64,000 nucleotides of DNA from Candidatus Adlerbacteria bacterium (GTDB taxonomy: Bacteria > Patescibacteriota > Minisyncoccia > Phycocordibacterales > SBAW01), in contig PLCJ01000003.1 in the NCBI GenBank assembly GCA_003135635.1, positions 53,087 to 117,086 of the forward strand. The letters run 5' to 3'. Under the pieces are notes generated by a model that was not told the origin of the DNA, searched no databases, and saw only the letters and a list, made by a program, of their open reading frames with translations. Made by a program: the position numbers and the translations under genes. This document shows positions 54,338 through 64,000 of the stretch, one piece after another. How positions within the stretch are numbered: position 1 is the stretch's first letter; each line of letters opens with the position of its first letter.

Positions 54338-55579
54338 ATGAGCAAAAAAAGGAAACTTTCTAGCGAAGCATATAAGGGAGTGCGAGATTTTTATCCCGAA
54401 GACCAAGCCCTTTTAAGATATTTTTCCACTATTCAGCGTGGTGTCGTAGAGCGTTTTGGGTATGAAGAATATCATGCATCGATACTTGAACCCACTGAAC
54501 TCTATCGTGAAAAAACCAGTGAGGAAATCTTCAATGAACAGATGTACACTTTTACAGATCGTGGAGGTCGTGAAGTAACACTACGTCCTGAAATGACGCC
54601 GACAGTGGCACGAATGATAGCAAAAAGGCGGCGGGAATTGGGTTTCCCCTTACGTTTATATTCCATCCCAAACGTTTTCCGCTATGAACGACCGCAGCGA
54701 GGACGTTTGCGTGAACACTGGCAACTCAATGTGGATTTTTTTGGTTCAGAATCTCTTAATGCAGATGCAGAAATTATTCACGTAGCTCACGCAATTATGT
54801 CAGCGTTCGGTGCTACCGAGAGTGACTTTACTATTCAGGTCAGTAGTCGAACATTTCTAAATGAAAGGGCACAAAAATTAAATCTTTCTGAAGATCGACT
54901 ACGAGCTTTACGTACTCATCTTGACCAGCGCGATAAGATGACGCTGCAGCAATTCAACGAAGGAATTGAAGCATTTGGAATCCTGCCTGATTCTCTTTTC
55001 CCTGACTTCCCCCCAAAAGATGTCGCGGAAGTGCTCCAACTTTTGGAGGAGCAAGGGATTAAAAATGCCATCTTTGCTCCCCATATTGTTCGAGGTTTTG
55101 ACTATTACAGTGGTGTTGTATTTGAAATATTTGATACCAATCCTGATAATAACCGAGCACTTTTTGGAGGTGGCCGATTTGACAACTTGTTGGAACTTTT
55201 TGATGACGAACATATTCCTGCGGTGGGTTTTGGTATGGGTGACGTAACACTTCGTGATTTCCTTGAGACACGAGGTCTTTTACCACCTTATCTTCCCACT
55301 ACTCAGGTATATATCGCGGTCCCCTCTTTGGCGTGTATACCCCAGGCGCAGGAACTCTGCAATTTCTTGCGTTCACAGGGAGTCAATGTAGCCATCGATT
55401 TTGGAGAAAAAAAGCTTGCAGATCAAATCCGTACTGCAAGCAAACATGCTATCCCCTATCTCATTGTGGTGGGTGAAACAGAAATAAGTTCAGGATCCTT
55501 TGTAATACGCGATCTTAGAAGTGGAGAAGAGCATACCTACACTCGTCAACAGTTACCAGCATTTTTCCTGATGGCTTAA
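54338..55579 (+). CDS. hisS: Histidyl-tRNA synthetase
   Basis: Class II motifs. KGVRDFYPED N-terminus. GGGRFD HisA motif. C-terminal anticodon-binding domain. Confidence 0.9.
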   Translation: MSKKRKLSSEAYKGVRDFYPEDQALLRYFSTIQRGVVERFGYEEYHASILEPTELYREKTSEEIFNEQMYTFTDRGGREVTLRPEMTPTVARMIAKRRRELGFPLRLYSIPNVFRYERPQRGRLREHWQLNVDFFGSESLNADAEIIHVAHAIMSAFGATESDFTIQVSSRTFLNERAQKLNLSEDRLRALRTHLDQRDKMTLQQFNEGIEAFGILPDSLFPDFPPKDVAEVLQLLEEQGIKNAIFAPHIVRGFDYYSGVVFEIFDTNPDNNRALFGGGRFDNLLELFDDEHIPAVGFGMGDVTLRDFLETRGLLPPYLPTTQVYIAVPSLACIPQAQELCNFLRSQGVNVAIDFGEKKLADQIRTASKHAIPYLIVVGETEISSGSFVIRDLRSGEEHTYTRQQLPAFFLMA

Positions 55580-55580
55580 T

Positions 55581-56153
55581 ATGCGCCGCATTACGTTAGA
55601 TATAGAAACTATAGGAAATCTTATCCAGGGTGATTTATCCCTTCTGGAAATAACCGTCGTGGGTATTCATGATTCTGAAACAGACAAGTATACAAGTTTT
55701 CTTAAAAATGAGCTTGGGAAACTTTGGCCGATACTTGAACGAGCGGATATACTTATTGGCTATAATTGTGATCATTTTGATATTCCTATACTCAATAAAT
55801 ACTATGCTGGCGACCTCACTAAAATTAAAAGTGTAGACTTGCTCAAAGAAATACGCGGCGTACTTGGACGACGATTAAAGCTCGACAATATTGCCGAGGC
55901 GACTCTCGGTAAAAAGAAATCTGGTACCGGATTAGAAGCCATGAAATGGTGGACGCAAGGAAATGTGGAAAAAGTCCGAAGTTACTGTCTGGATGATGTA
56001 CGGATTACGAAAGAAATTTATGACTATGCCTTGAAAAATGCGTCTCTTAAATATCGTGATTTCGATGGTATCCGGGAGATTAAACTTGATACTTCTACTT
56101 GGGAAGTAGTATTAAACATCAATCCTTCACTTACTCATACGTTGCCATTTTAG
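55581..56153 (+). CDS. DEDDh 3'-5' exonuclease (RNase T/DnaQ-like)
   Basis: Exo I LDIETIG, Exo II YNCDHFDIPIL, Exo III YCLDDVRITKEIY. Confidence 0.7.
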   Translation: MRRITLDIETIGNLIQGDLSLLEITVVGIHDSETDKYTSFLKNELGKLWPILERADILIGYNCDHFDIPILNKYYAGDLTKIKSVDLLKEIRGVLGRRLKLDNIAEATLGKKKSGTGLEAMKWWTQGNVEKVRSYCLDDVRITKEIYDYALKNASLKYRDFDGIREIKLDTSTWEVVLNINPSLTHTLPF

Positions 56154-56198
56154 GCCTTGTATATATACTATAACTAAGTAATCTAATTGTAATAACTT

Positions 56199-56918
56199 AT
56201 GAAAAGCCAGTACGTATTGCCTATTACTATTGTCGTTGCCGGTGCGCTTATTGCTGGAGCTGTTTTTTTGATCGGTAAACAAAATGCGCCAACAAATAGT
56301 CAAACCAATACTCAATTTCAAGCGGATAAGGCGGCACCCGTAACAAGTAGTGATCATATTCTTGGCAATCCGAATGCCCTAGTAAAGGTTATAGAGTATG
56401 CCGATCTTGAGTGTCCGTATTGCAAAGAGTTTCAAACAACGATGAACCAAATAATGGGTTATTACGGCCCGGCAGGAAAAGTAGCTTGGATCTTTCGTGC
56501 TTTTCCACTTGCACAGATCCATTCTAAGGCACCAGAGGAAGCACAGGCTGCTGAGTGTGCAGCTGATCAAGGCGGTAACCAGGCTTTCTTTAATTACATT
56601 GATAAAGTGTATGCAATTACACCATCTGAAAATAATCTTGACCTCTCCCAGCTACCAATTATTGCGGGAGAAATTGGGCTTAATGTAGCTACCTTTAACC
56701 AATGTTTAAGCAGCGGTAAATTTGCCAGTAAGGTTCAACAGAGCTATAACGATGCTATAAATGCTGGCGGTCAAGGCACACCGTTTATTCTTGTGAGCTT
56801 TAATGGCGGAGCTATACCACTTGAAGGTGCACAACCTTATGACTCAATGCGTGCGGTTATTGATGCTGCGCTGGCGCAACTTCCTGCATCCTCAGGTGCT
56901 ACAACGACTGTGCAATAG
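56199..56918 (+). CDS. DsbA-family thiol:disulfide oxidoreductase (second paralog)
   Basis: N-terminal TM. CPYC active site. Same architecture as the gene at 33463-34182. Confidence 0.8.
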   Translation: MKSQYVLPITIVVAGALIAGAVFLIGKQNAPTNSQTNTQFQADKAAPVTSSDHILGNPNALVKVIEYADLECPYCKEFQTTMNQIMGYYGPAGKVAWIFRAFPLAQIHSKAPEEAQAAECAADQGGNQAFFNYIDKVYAITPSENNLDLSQLPIIAGEIGLNVATFNQCLSSGKFASKVQQSYNDAINAGGQGTPFILVSFNGGAIPLEGAQPYDSMRAVIDAALAQLPASSGATTTVQ

Positions 56919-56971
56919 TGAATGCACAACTAAAACCCAATTGATTTAAGAAACCCCTTCGGTCTATAAAA

Positions 56972-59900
56972 TTATCGAGATAATTTGTTTGTGTGCGCCA
57001 GTGATGGACCCATAAATTCTTTAAGTGCACAGTAGCGACACTCTTTTTTACTACATCCCTTTGATACGAAACGAAGATACCAGATTTCTGTTGCTATACT
57101 ACGCACAAGAGTTTGCAGTTGGATACTTTCTTCAGTTGTAAGAGGAATCTGTTCACGTATGCAACGACCTCTTTCATCTGGTTCTAAAAACTCTATAACA
57201 CCTGTGTTAACTTCTTGTAAGGCGCCTCGTATGCGCTGGGAAGTGCTCCGAAGATCAAAAAGCAATTTATAAAATACCAATTGACGTTTATAATTATTCC
57301 AACCAGAAGCATCCGACTTTCCTATTATTTTGCCGTGAGTTTTGCGTTTACCTGTTTTGTAATCATGTATGATCACACCATTATCATTAAAAGATACTTT
57401 ATCGACATCGCCTCGTAGCCGCAAATAGGATAACCCGGTTAGATCTATCGGCAGTAATGCGGTAAGTTTATACTCATTGATAATTGAGCGACTCCAATCT
57501 GTATGCCATTGTTTATAATACGCCGTAAGCGCACGGGTGCCTTTAGAAAGTGCTTCGCGGTATGCTGTGTCACTTAAGGATGATTTTTGCAGAGCCCGTT
57601 TAAAACGTACAACTAAGCCCCGCGCGCCGGGGTTATCCCCTTCTTTCCACAGTTCAAAAAATTCTCGAAGAGCAGTGTGAACCGCTGTTCCATATTCGAG
57701 TGCTTTCTCTGGTGCTTCAGGTATACGTAAAAGATTTCGGTAAAAATAGCGCCACGGACATTCAAGATAATTATTAATTGCCGTCGCCGAAAGTCCTTGT
57801 TCTGTAAAAAGGCTTTTCAACAGGGTTTGATCAAGCCATTTCCCCACAGATGATTGGGAATGTCGAACTGGAAAATGCATGTCCTCGAGTTCTTGTCGGA
57901 ATAAAAACTTATTCCCGATTTCCTCGATATACTGTGAAGGAAGAGCTGAGGCACCACTTTCGCTTTCTCGAGAATACGTTATGGTCACTTTTCGCTTCGC
58001 TCGTGTAAGCGCAACATAAAAAAGCCGTCGTTCATCTTCAATATCATTGCTACTTTTAGTTTCGCTTAGTGGAGAGAAATATGCGCGTTCGCTACGATTG
58101 CCCCAGTGTTTATCACGCGCATGAATAATATAAACATATTCAAATTCAAGTCCTTTCGCTCGATGTGCGGTCATAAGACGCACGGCTTGACGTTCCTTAA
58201 AATTAGAAGAAGCTGAAATTGGTAGATGATATTCCTCAAGAAGAGCAAGATGATCAAGAAATGCTTGTAATGATGCATGGCGGTTAACCATACACACAGC
58301 GCGCGCTTCAGTATATAACGCACCCAGTGTGGCCAATCGCTCCTCAGGATAGGGCGCTTGTAAAATGGCTGCGAGGAGTCCTGACTCTTCAGCAACAGCA
58401 TCCAGCGTCTCCATAAGTGTGCTGTTGTGTGCGAGTATCTTCCAACGTTCAAGCTTTTTTGCAAATAACAGAAACGGCACCGGTCGTTTAATACCAATCT
58501 TCTCGAGCATTTTTCTATTAGTAAGCGCCTCAAATAAGTTATGTTTCACTCGAGCTAGAAATATTGCGACGGAAAGTGGAGGAAGACCAATGAAGTCGAG
58601 ATACAAGCTTGGCACAAGCAAGTCATCGTGACCATACCCCGCAATAGCTGCAAGAATGGCAAGAAATTTTCGTATCCATAGATCAGCTAGTATATTTTGC
58701 TCGGAATCTACAACACTTGGAATAGCCTCAGCAGTAAGTGCTTCCACTATTCCCTGCGCATCACGATTAACACGATACAAAACCGCGATATCCCGTGGCC
58801 GTACACCTTTGGCGATATTGTGCTTAATTTCCTTTACAACATAGGTAAGTTCATCCGCCAATCGCGGGAGTGAAATTACCTGTATCTTTTCAGCAAAATC
58901 TTGGTGCCGTGCAATGAGTGGTAATGCGGGAAATTTTTTATATAGCTGAGCCTGTGATATGAGTGCGTGTGCTGAGTCTAATATAGACTGCGTTGAGCGA
59001 TAATTTTTTCGTAAAGTTATTATAGTTGCTTTTGGATAGCGTTTTTTAAAAAATAAAAAATTCTCCATCGATGCACCCTGAAATCGAAAAATTGCCTGCT
59101 TTTCATCCCCAACTACAAATACGTTTGGGCTTGCATGAAAACTGATGAGAAGTTCTAGTAGGCGATTCTGACTTTCATTGGCATCCTGGTGTTCATCGGC
59201 AAGCACATATTGACATTCCTCTTGGAGAGTAAGCAAGAGTTCCCGATTTTTTTCCAAGGCATGGATAACTTCCAACAACATGTCTTCATAATCGTATACA
59301 TGTCGCTTCGCAAGAGCATTTTCATACGCACGATACAAGCGCAGAAGTTCTCGATCTCGAGCAAGACGCCTCGCTGTTTGAGCATACTTACCGCGAATAG
59401 CATTCTTTTGACCATGAGCTTTATCATATAGATCGGGAATAGATTCAAATAAGTTAAGACGTTTTTTAAGAATTTTATCGTAACTAAAAGGAGATATATT
59501 TTCGCGTTTAAGTTCTGAGATTTTTTGAGATAAGGCTGGAACATAAAAGTATATATTGCCAAATGGACGCAATATAGTAAGAGGAGTAACATCAATCAAT
59601 TCTTGTAAAAGAGAGATGCGTTCAATATTAGTAAGTGCCCGACTTCCGACAATACGAGGAAAAGAATCTGGAAACCGTTGTATTATCTCGTTGGCGTAAC
59701 CATGAAAAGTATGTATTTGAACTCGATATCCATTGGCCCCGACGATATCAACGAGCCGACGACGGCAAGTTGCTGCTGCTGACTCAGTAAATGTAAGAGC
59801 TAAAATAGCCTCTGGGGGAGTATCGGTTTTGCGAAGTATATTTGCAATGCGCAAAGTAAGGATTTGTGTTTTTCCTGTGCCAGGCCCAGCGATAACAATG

Positions 59901-59983
59901 ACGGGCCCTTCAATTGTGTCAACTGCCTGTTTTTGTTCAGCATTGAGCTTGTTATAGAGAGCGGTAAACGTATGAGCGGCCAT
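56972..59983 (-). CDS. UvrD/PcrA-type helicase fused to C-terminal RecB-like PD-(D/E)xK nuclease with Cys cluster (AddA/AddB-like)
   Basis: N-terminal AGPGTGKT Walker A and UvrD motifs. C-terminal ...IIHDYKTGKRK nuclease motif. Terminal C-x4-C-x2-C plus an upstream Cys. Confidence 0.8.
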   Translation of the reverse strand: MAAHTFTALYNKLNAEQKQAVDTIEGPVIVIAGPGTGKTQILTLRIANILRKTDTPPEAILALTFTESAAATCRRRLVDIVGANGYRVQIHTFHGYANEIIQRFPDSFPRIVGSRALTNIERISLLQELIDVTPLTILRPFGNIYFYVPALSQKISELKRENISPFSYDKILKKRLNLFESIPDLYDKAHGQKNAIRGKYAQTARRLARDRELLRLYRAYENALAKRHVYDYEDMLLEVIHALEKNRELLLTLQEECQYVLADEHQDANESQNRLLELLISFHASPNVFVVGDEKQAIFRFQGASMENFLFFKKRYPKATIITLRKNYRSTQSILDSAHALISQAQLYKKFPALPLIARHQDFAEKIQVISLPRLADELTYVVKEIKHNIAKGVRPRDIAVLYRVNRDAQGIVEALTAEAIPSVVDSEQNILADLWIRKFLAILAAIAGYGHDDLLVPSLYLDFIGLPPLSVAIFLARVKHNLFEALTNRKMLEKIGIKRPVPFLLFAKKLERWKILAHNSTLMETLDAVAEESGLLAAILQAPYPEERLATLGALYTEARAVCMVNRHASLQAFLDHLALLEEYHLPISASSNFKERQAVRLMTAHRAKGLEFEYVYIIHARDKHWGNRSERAYFSPLSETKSSNDIEDERRLFYVALTRAKRKVTITYSRESESGASALPSQYIEEIGNKFLFRQELEDMHFPVRHSQSSVGKWLDQTLLKSLFTEQGLSATAINNYLECPWRYFYRNLLRIPEAPEKALEYGTAVHTALREFFELWKEGDNPGARGLVVRFKRALQKSSLSDTAYREALSKGTRALTAYYKQWHTDWSRSIINEYKLTALLPIDLTGLSYLRLRGDVDKVSFNDNGVIIHDYKTGKRKTHGKIIGKSDASGWNNYKRQLVFYKLLFDLRSTSQRIRGALQEVNTGVIEFLEPDERGRCIREQIPLTTEESIQLQTLVRSIATEIWYLRFVSKGCSKKECRYCALKEFMGPSLAHTNKLSR

Positions 59984-60070
59984 GTGGAATTATTATAAAC
60001 AATTAGGCAAAAAGAGAATATGCTGACACAAAGACCAGCTAATTAAGTTTCCCTTCAACTTTTATTTCCC

Positions 60071-61372
60071 CTAATAGCTTCGAAGACGTTTTGCTCTTTC
60101 ATGGGTACGAATACGTTCAAGAGACTTCGCTTCTATTTGACGAATACGTTCGCGCGTAACACCAAATTTTTTTCCCACCTCTTCAAGAGTGTGGTATACA
60201 CCATCTTCAAGACCGTGTCGCAGCTTCAAGATTTCGCGTTCCTTGGGTGAGAGCTCATCTAGGATATCGCGTAATTGATCAGCAAGAATACGATGTGCCA
60301 CCTCCTGATCCGGTGAGAGCATTTTATCGTCTTTAATGAAATCACCAAGTACCGATTTGCCATCACCATCATCATCCCCAACCGGACTCTCAAGAGAAAC
60401 GGTCTCTTGATCAATTTTTTCTATCTGATAGATCTTATCGACATCAACACCCATTTCAAGAGCAATTTCTTCAGCCAAGGGATCACGACCAAGATCTTGA
60501 GCAAGTCGACGTGTTACTTGCTTGTATTTAGCGATAGTTTCTACCATGTGAACTGGAATGCGGATGGTGCGACTCTGATCAGCAAGTGCGCGAGTGATTG
60601 CTTGACGAATCCACCAGGTCGCATATGTTGAGAATTTAAAACCTTTCGAATAATCAAATTTCTCAACTGCTTTATGAAGACCGAGATTTCCTTCTTGGAT
60701 AAGATCAAGAAGAGTAAGGTCTGGGCTACGACCGACATATTTCTTTGCGATAGAGACCACAAGACGCAAATTCGCACGCCAAAGAAGATTTTTTGCCTCG
60801 ATATCACCTTCAACAATACGTTTTGCTAGATTGCGCTCTTCTGGGCCAGATAAAAGTGGATATTTACCTATCTCACGCAAATACATCTGGATTGAGTCAT
60901 ATTGTGAATCGGAACGTGTATAGCCTCTTTCAACCGGTTCTTCTTGTATTTCAAGCATTCCACCGCCTTCCAAAACATCAATATGCGCGGTCGAGAATCG
61001 TTCATAAAGTTCTTCCAGAAAGAAAACATCAACCTCAATATTAGGAAAACTCTTGAGAATTTCATCGTAGGTGACAAAGCCGCGTTCGCGTCCGCGGGCT
61101 ATCAGCTGTTCGGATTTTTTGTTCTGCTCTTCAACTTTCTTGCTAGTTTTGGACTGTGTTTTGTGTATTATTGAAGGCTCATTCTTGATTCTTTTTGCCA
61201 ATTTTTTTGCTGAAACAATGCGCCGTCTTCCTGCAGCAACTTTGTAAAAATGCGCTTTGGTACGCACTTTACTAATAGTGGAACGACCATAAAAAATACG
61301 TTTACCTGAACGAGAGGTCTTCCGGACGGACTTTTTTTTAAGAGATTTTTTTATCTTTGCCATTTTAATCAT
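60071..61372 (-). CDS. rpoD: RNA polymerase sigma factor RpoD (sigma-70)
   Basis: Regions 1.2-4. [40 protein letters not shown]. Confidence 0.9.
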   Translation of the reverse strand: MIKMAKIKKSLKKKSVRKTSRSGKRIFYGRSTISKVRTKAHFYKVAAGRRRIVSAKKLAKRIKNEPSIIHKTQSKTSKKVEEQNKKSEQLIARGRERGFVTYDEILKSFPNIEVDVFFLEELYERFSTAHIDVLEGGGMLEIQEEPVERGYTRSDSQYDSIQMYLREIGKYPLLSGPEERNLAKRIVEGDIEAKNLLWRANLRLVVSIAKKYVGRSPDLTLLDLIQEGNLGLHKAVEKFDYSKGFKFSTYATWWIRQAITRALADQSRTIRIPVHMVETIAKYKQVTRRLAQDLGRDPLAEEIALEMGVDVDKIYQIEKIDQETVSLESPVGDDDGDGKSVLGDFIKDDKMLSPDQEVAHRILADQLRDILDELSPKEREILKLRHGLEDGVYHTLEEVGKKFGVTRERIRQIEAKSLERIRTHERAKRLRSY

Positions 61373-61386
61373 CTTAACAGAAAAAA

Positions 61387-63111
61387 TTACTTTCTCAATT
61401 CCTCTTGGCGACGCTTGAGAGTAGTAAGTCTTTTAAGGGACTGAACTTCGTCTCCGCTCTTGCCTAGCGGAGTATTACGCAGCTCTTTTTGGAGAAAACG
61501 CAGTTCTTCTTCTATTACACCTCGCTCTATGCTTTGTAAGAGTGCTGCAACTATATCTTCCACCTCTTCTCCTAGCGCATCAAAGGCAAAACGAAGCGAT
61601 TCTGCTTCCTTTTGCTTTGGCAGTTGCTTGATAAGAATTGCAGCACGTTGAGTTCCGAGCAATTCGTGTACTCGAGCTACCTCGATTGAAGTTGGAGAAT
61701 AATAAGAAAGGATCATCGCTGCAGCACGTTCGTGCGACAAAAGTTCTATTTCCCCCTTTCTCTCTTCCGCAAAGGAATCAGTGACACTTTCCGCTTCCCC
61801 ATATTCATACCGCTGAGATAGTACAATCTTGCCGACTTCTTCCTGCACAGCGATTTCTGGCACACCGAGCTGATACGCAACTAGAGATATAAAATGTGCC
61901 TGATCGATTTTACTTTTTATCGTTGCAATAAGAGGTAATATTTGTGCTTCAACTACTTTTTTATACGTACGTTCATCTCGTGCTGTTTTATGTAATGTTT
62001 CAAGAAAAAACTCAATAGCTGTTTTTGAGTTGCGAATAGTGTTTTTTAATAGATCTGGGTGCTCTCTTGCGATATCTGCTGGGTCTTTTCCTTCTGGAAA
62101 CGCTGGAATTTTAACATCAAACCCTTCCGAAAGTGCCATGTAGGTACTTTTAAGACCTGAACGCAAGCCAGCAAGATCGGCATCAAGTGCAAGCACTAGA
62201 CGTTTGGATAATCGACTAAGAAGAAAGAGATGCTCGGAAGTAAGTGCTGTGCCGGAGAGGGCAACTGTAAAGGGTAAGCCGGACTGGTGGCAAAGAACAA
62301 GATCAAACTGACCTTCAACAAGTAAAGCACAATCAGCCTTACGGATGGCCTGCTTAGCGCGGTCAAACCCATAGAGTATACGAGATTTTTTAAAAAGAGG
62401 GGTTTCAGGCGAATTAAGGTATTTTGCTGGATCTTTTTCTTCTTGGGATCCAGAGACTTTTTCAAAGAACCTTCCTGAGAAGGCTATAACTCTTCCGTTT
62501 GTGTCAAAGAGAGGGAAGATAATTCGTCCGCGAAAGCGGTCATATATCTCGGCTTGTTTTTTCTCTGATTGTACTGCAAGACCCGACTCAATGATTTCAT
62601 CTTTCGAAAACCCTTCTGCGGATAAATATTTGGAAAGATCCTCCCAAGTTGCTGGTGCATAGCCGAGACGCCATGTTATTTGTGTTTCTTTTTTAACACC
62701 ACGACCCTGTAGGTATATTTCTATATCTTTTCGCCGTGTAAGTATTAACTCAAAATATTTTGTCGCTGACTCACATACTGCATATAAGCGTTCATCTTTA
62801 TTTTTTTCTTCAGGAGAACGTATAGTTTGTTGTTGAAGCGTTACGCCCGCACGTTCGGCAAGTTGTCGCAATGCTTCACTAAAATTTATCCCTTCTATCT
62901 TTTGCAAAAATGAAAAGATATCTCCTTTTTCTCCACAGCCAAAACATATATATGTACCCCGCTCAGATGAAACAAAAAACGATGGTGTTTTTTCTTTGTG
63001 GAATGGGCATCGCGCGCGTAGACTCCTACCCGCCCGTTCGAGCTTAACATATTGCCCTACCACATCGGCAATAGATATATGTTCTTTTATTTCTTGCACT
63101 TGCGAGTTCAT
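61387..63111 (-). CDS. dnaG: DNA primase DnaG
   Basis: Zinc-binding [11 protein letters not shown]...CFGCG. Toprim EGQFD...DAD. Sits upstream of rpoD. Confidence 0.9.
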   Translation of the reverse strand: MNSQVQEIKEHISIADVVGQYVKLERAGRSLRARCPFHKEKTPSFFVSSERGTYICFGCGEKGDIFSFLQKIEGINFSEALRQLAERAGVTLQQQTIRSPEEKNKDERLYAVCESATKYFELILTRRKDIEIYLQGRGVKKETQITWRLGYAPATWEDLSKYLSAEGFSKDEIIESGLAVQSEKKQAEIYDRFRGRIIFPLFDTNGRVIAFSGRFFEKVSGSQEEKDPAKYLNSPETPLFKKSRILYGFDRAKQAIRKADCALLVEGQFDLVLCHQSGLPFTVALSGTALTSEHLFLLSRLSKRLVLALDADLAGLRSGLKSTYMALSEGFDVKIPAFPEGKDPADIAREHPDLLKNTIRNSKTAIEFFLETLHKTARDERTYKKVVEAQILPLIATIKSKIDQAHFISLVAYQLGVPEIAVQEEVGKIVLSQRYEYGEAESVTDSFAEERKGEIELLSHERAAAMILSYYSPTSIEVARVHELLGTQRAAILIKQLPKQKEAESLRFAFDALGEEVEDIVAALLQSIERGVIEEELRFLQKELRNTPLGKSGDEVQSLKRLTTLKRRQEELRK

Positions 63112-63214
63112 ACTAATGTAGTGTAATCCTTTTTTGGAGATAGAGAAACCATTTAGGCTTTTTTCAAGGAACCTTCTCTCCCGTTGAAAAAAGCTTAGTC
63201 TGTTTTATGGCTAG

Positions 63215-64000
63215 CTATACAACTTCTTTTTCTTTCCCCACTAGGCCACTTGAGGAAAGCAGACCAGATTTTTCAATCAAGTGCGCTTTAGGACTACCGA
63301 GGAAACCTGTACCTGCAGGGATAAGCCTACCGATAATCACATTTTCCTTTAAGCCCTTTAAATGATCAACTGCGCCATACAAAGAAGCAAGAATAAGTGT
63401 ACGCGTTGTATGTTGAAATGAGGCGGCAGAGAGAAAACTTGCACGAGACAGAGATACGCCAACAATACCCATAACGAGACCTTCCGATGTCGCCGCCTTA
63501 CCCCCCTCCTGCTTCACGCGATCATTAGCAGCAAGCAGATCCGCCTCAGCAGTGACATCTCCCACGGAGTATTCGGTCCCGCCTGGTTCTGTCACCTTAA
63601 CCCGAGAGAACATTTGTCGGACGATGACTTCAAGATGTTTGACGGAAATGTTAGCTCCTTGGAGCTCATAGATCTTCACCACTTCAGAAATAATATGCTC
63701 TTGTGTTTTTTCTTTACCAGCGTATTTATAGAGTTCTGAAATATCGGCAGAACCGTCTGTAAGAATTTGACCCTTTAGAACCGTATCTCCCACCTTCACG
63801 ATAGGTACGCGACGAACGTGGGCTGAATATTCCACAAATTCCTTTTTACCCTTACCGCGATGCTCAAGATCTGGAGCAACGATAATCAATTTCTCCTTAC
63901 CACTGTCTTTAATTTCAGTTACTACCCCGGGAACCGTTGCAATTACTGCTGGGTTACGGGGTGCGCGCCGTTCAAAAATTTCTTCAACACGTGGAAGGCC
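63215..64000 (-). CDS. rpoC: DNA-directed RNA polymerase beta' subunit, C-terminal end (gene continues beyond window)
   Basis: SFLSAASFQHTTRTL...LKGLKENVIIGRLIPAGTG matches the RpoC C-terminus. The reading frame is open up to the window edge. Confidence 0.85.
   Translation of the reverse strand, partial: GLPRVEEIFERRAPRNPAVIATVPGVVTEIKDSGKEKLIIVAPDLEHRGKGKKEFVEYSAHVRRVPIVKVGDTVLKGQILTDGSADISELYKYAGKEKTQEHIISEVVKIYELQGANISVKHLEVIVRQMFSRVKVTEPGGTEYSVGDVTAEADLLAANDRVKQEGGKAATSEGLVMGIVGVSLSRASFLSAASFQHTTRTLILASLYGAVDHLKGLKENVIIGRLIPAGTGFLGSPKAHLIEKSGLLSSSGLVGKEKEVV

Overview
64-kb window from a small-genome bacterium with streamlined, mostly housekeeping gene content, consistent with a Candidate Phyla Radiation/Patescibacteria-type organism (inference). 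Supporting that inference: a class I LysRS, a bacterial ProRS with no editing domain, a Mur ligase with a truncated N-terminus, two MreB paralogs, an EndoIII with no Fe-S cysteines, and DUF5652-like small membrane proteins. Core blocks: partial corA, cysS, dnaB, recR, rplU, rmuC. A dcw fragment mraZ-rsmH-ftsL-ftsI-murF followed by tRNA-Glu. Then lysK(class I)-greA-mrdA-mreDCB-proS-rseP-frr-nth-holB-mreB2, murA, def-fmt, hpf, tRNA-Asn. At the far end zwf, GT2, dedA, truB, hisS, DEDD exonuclease, dsbA, a UvrD/RecB-type helicase-nuclease, rpoD-dnaG and partial rpoC. Two accessory islands interrupt this backbone: island 1 at about 13.0-16.6 kb (between mraZ and lysK) and island 2 at about 31.6-48.6 kb (starting at tRNA-Asn with an overlapping serine-recombinase-like gene). 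Both islands are built from short one- or two-gene units encoding small secreted, lipo- or membrane proteins. Each unit is bounded by a copy of a composite element found 19 times, always on the + strand: a variable intrinsic-terminator hairpin, a T-run, ATAC(M)(M)TCAC, then the 33-nt core GGTTCTAACATCCTCCAnGGnGnGGAGCAAAA. The core resembles the 3' end (T-loop plus acceptor) of the adjacent tRNA-Asn. A degenerate tRNA-Asn 3'-end copy at 48171-48195 may mark the distal island boundary. Together these suggest an undescribed recombinase-associated, tRNA-end-derived cassette-accretion system; alternatively the element is a regulon-wide regulatory or RNA element. Other points of note: leaderless promoters with extended -10, a high-GC GH5 lipoprotein gene, a DsbA/Cys-rich/HMBD-MauE thiol-oxidation module, and a cluster of tiny hydrophobic peptides.
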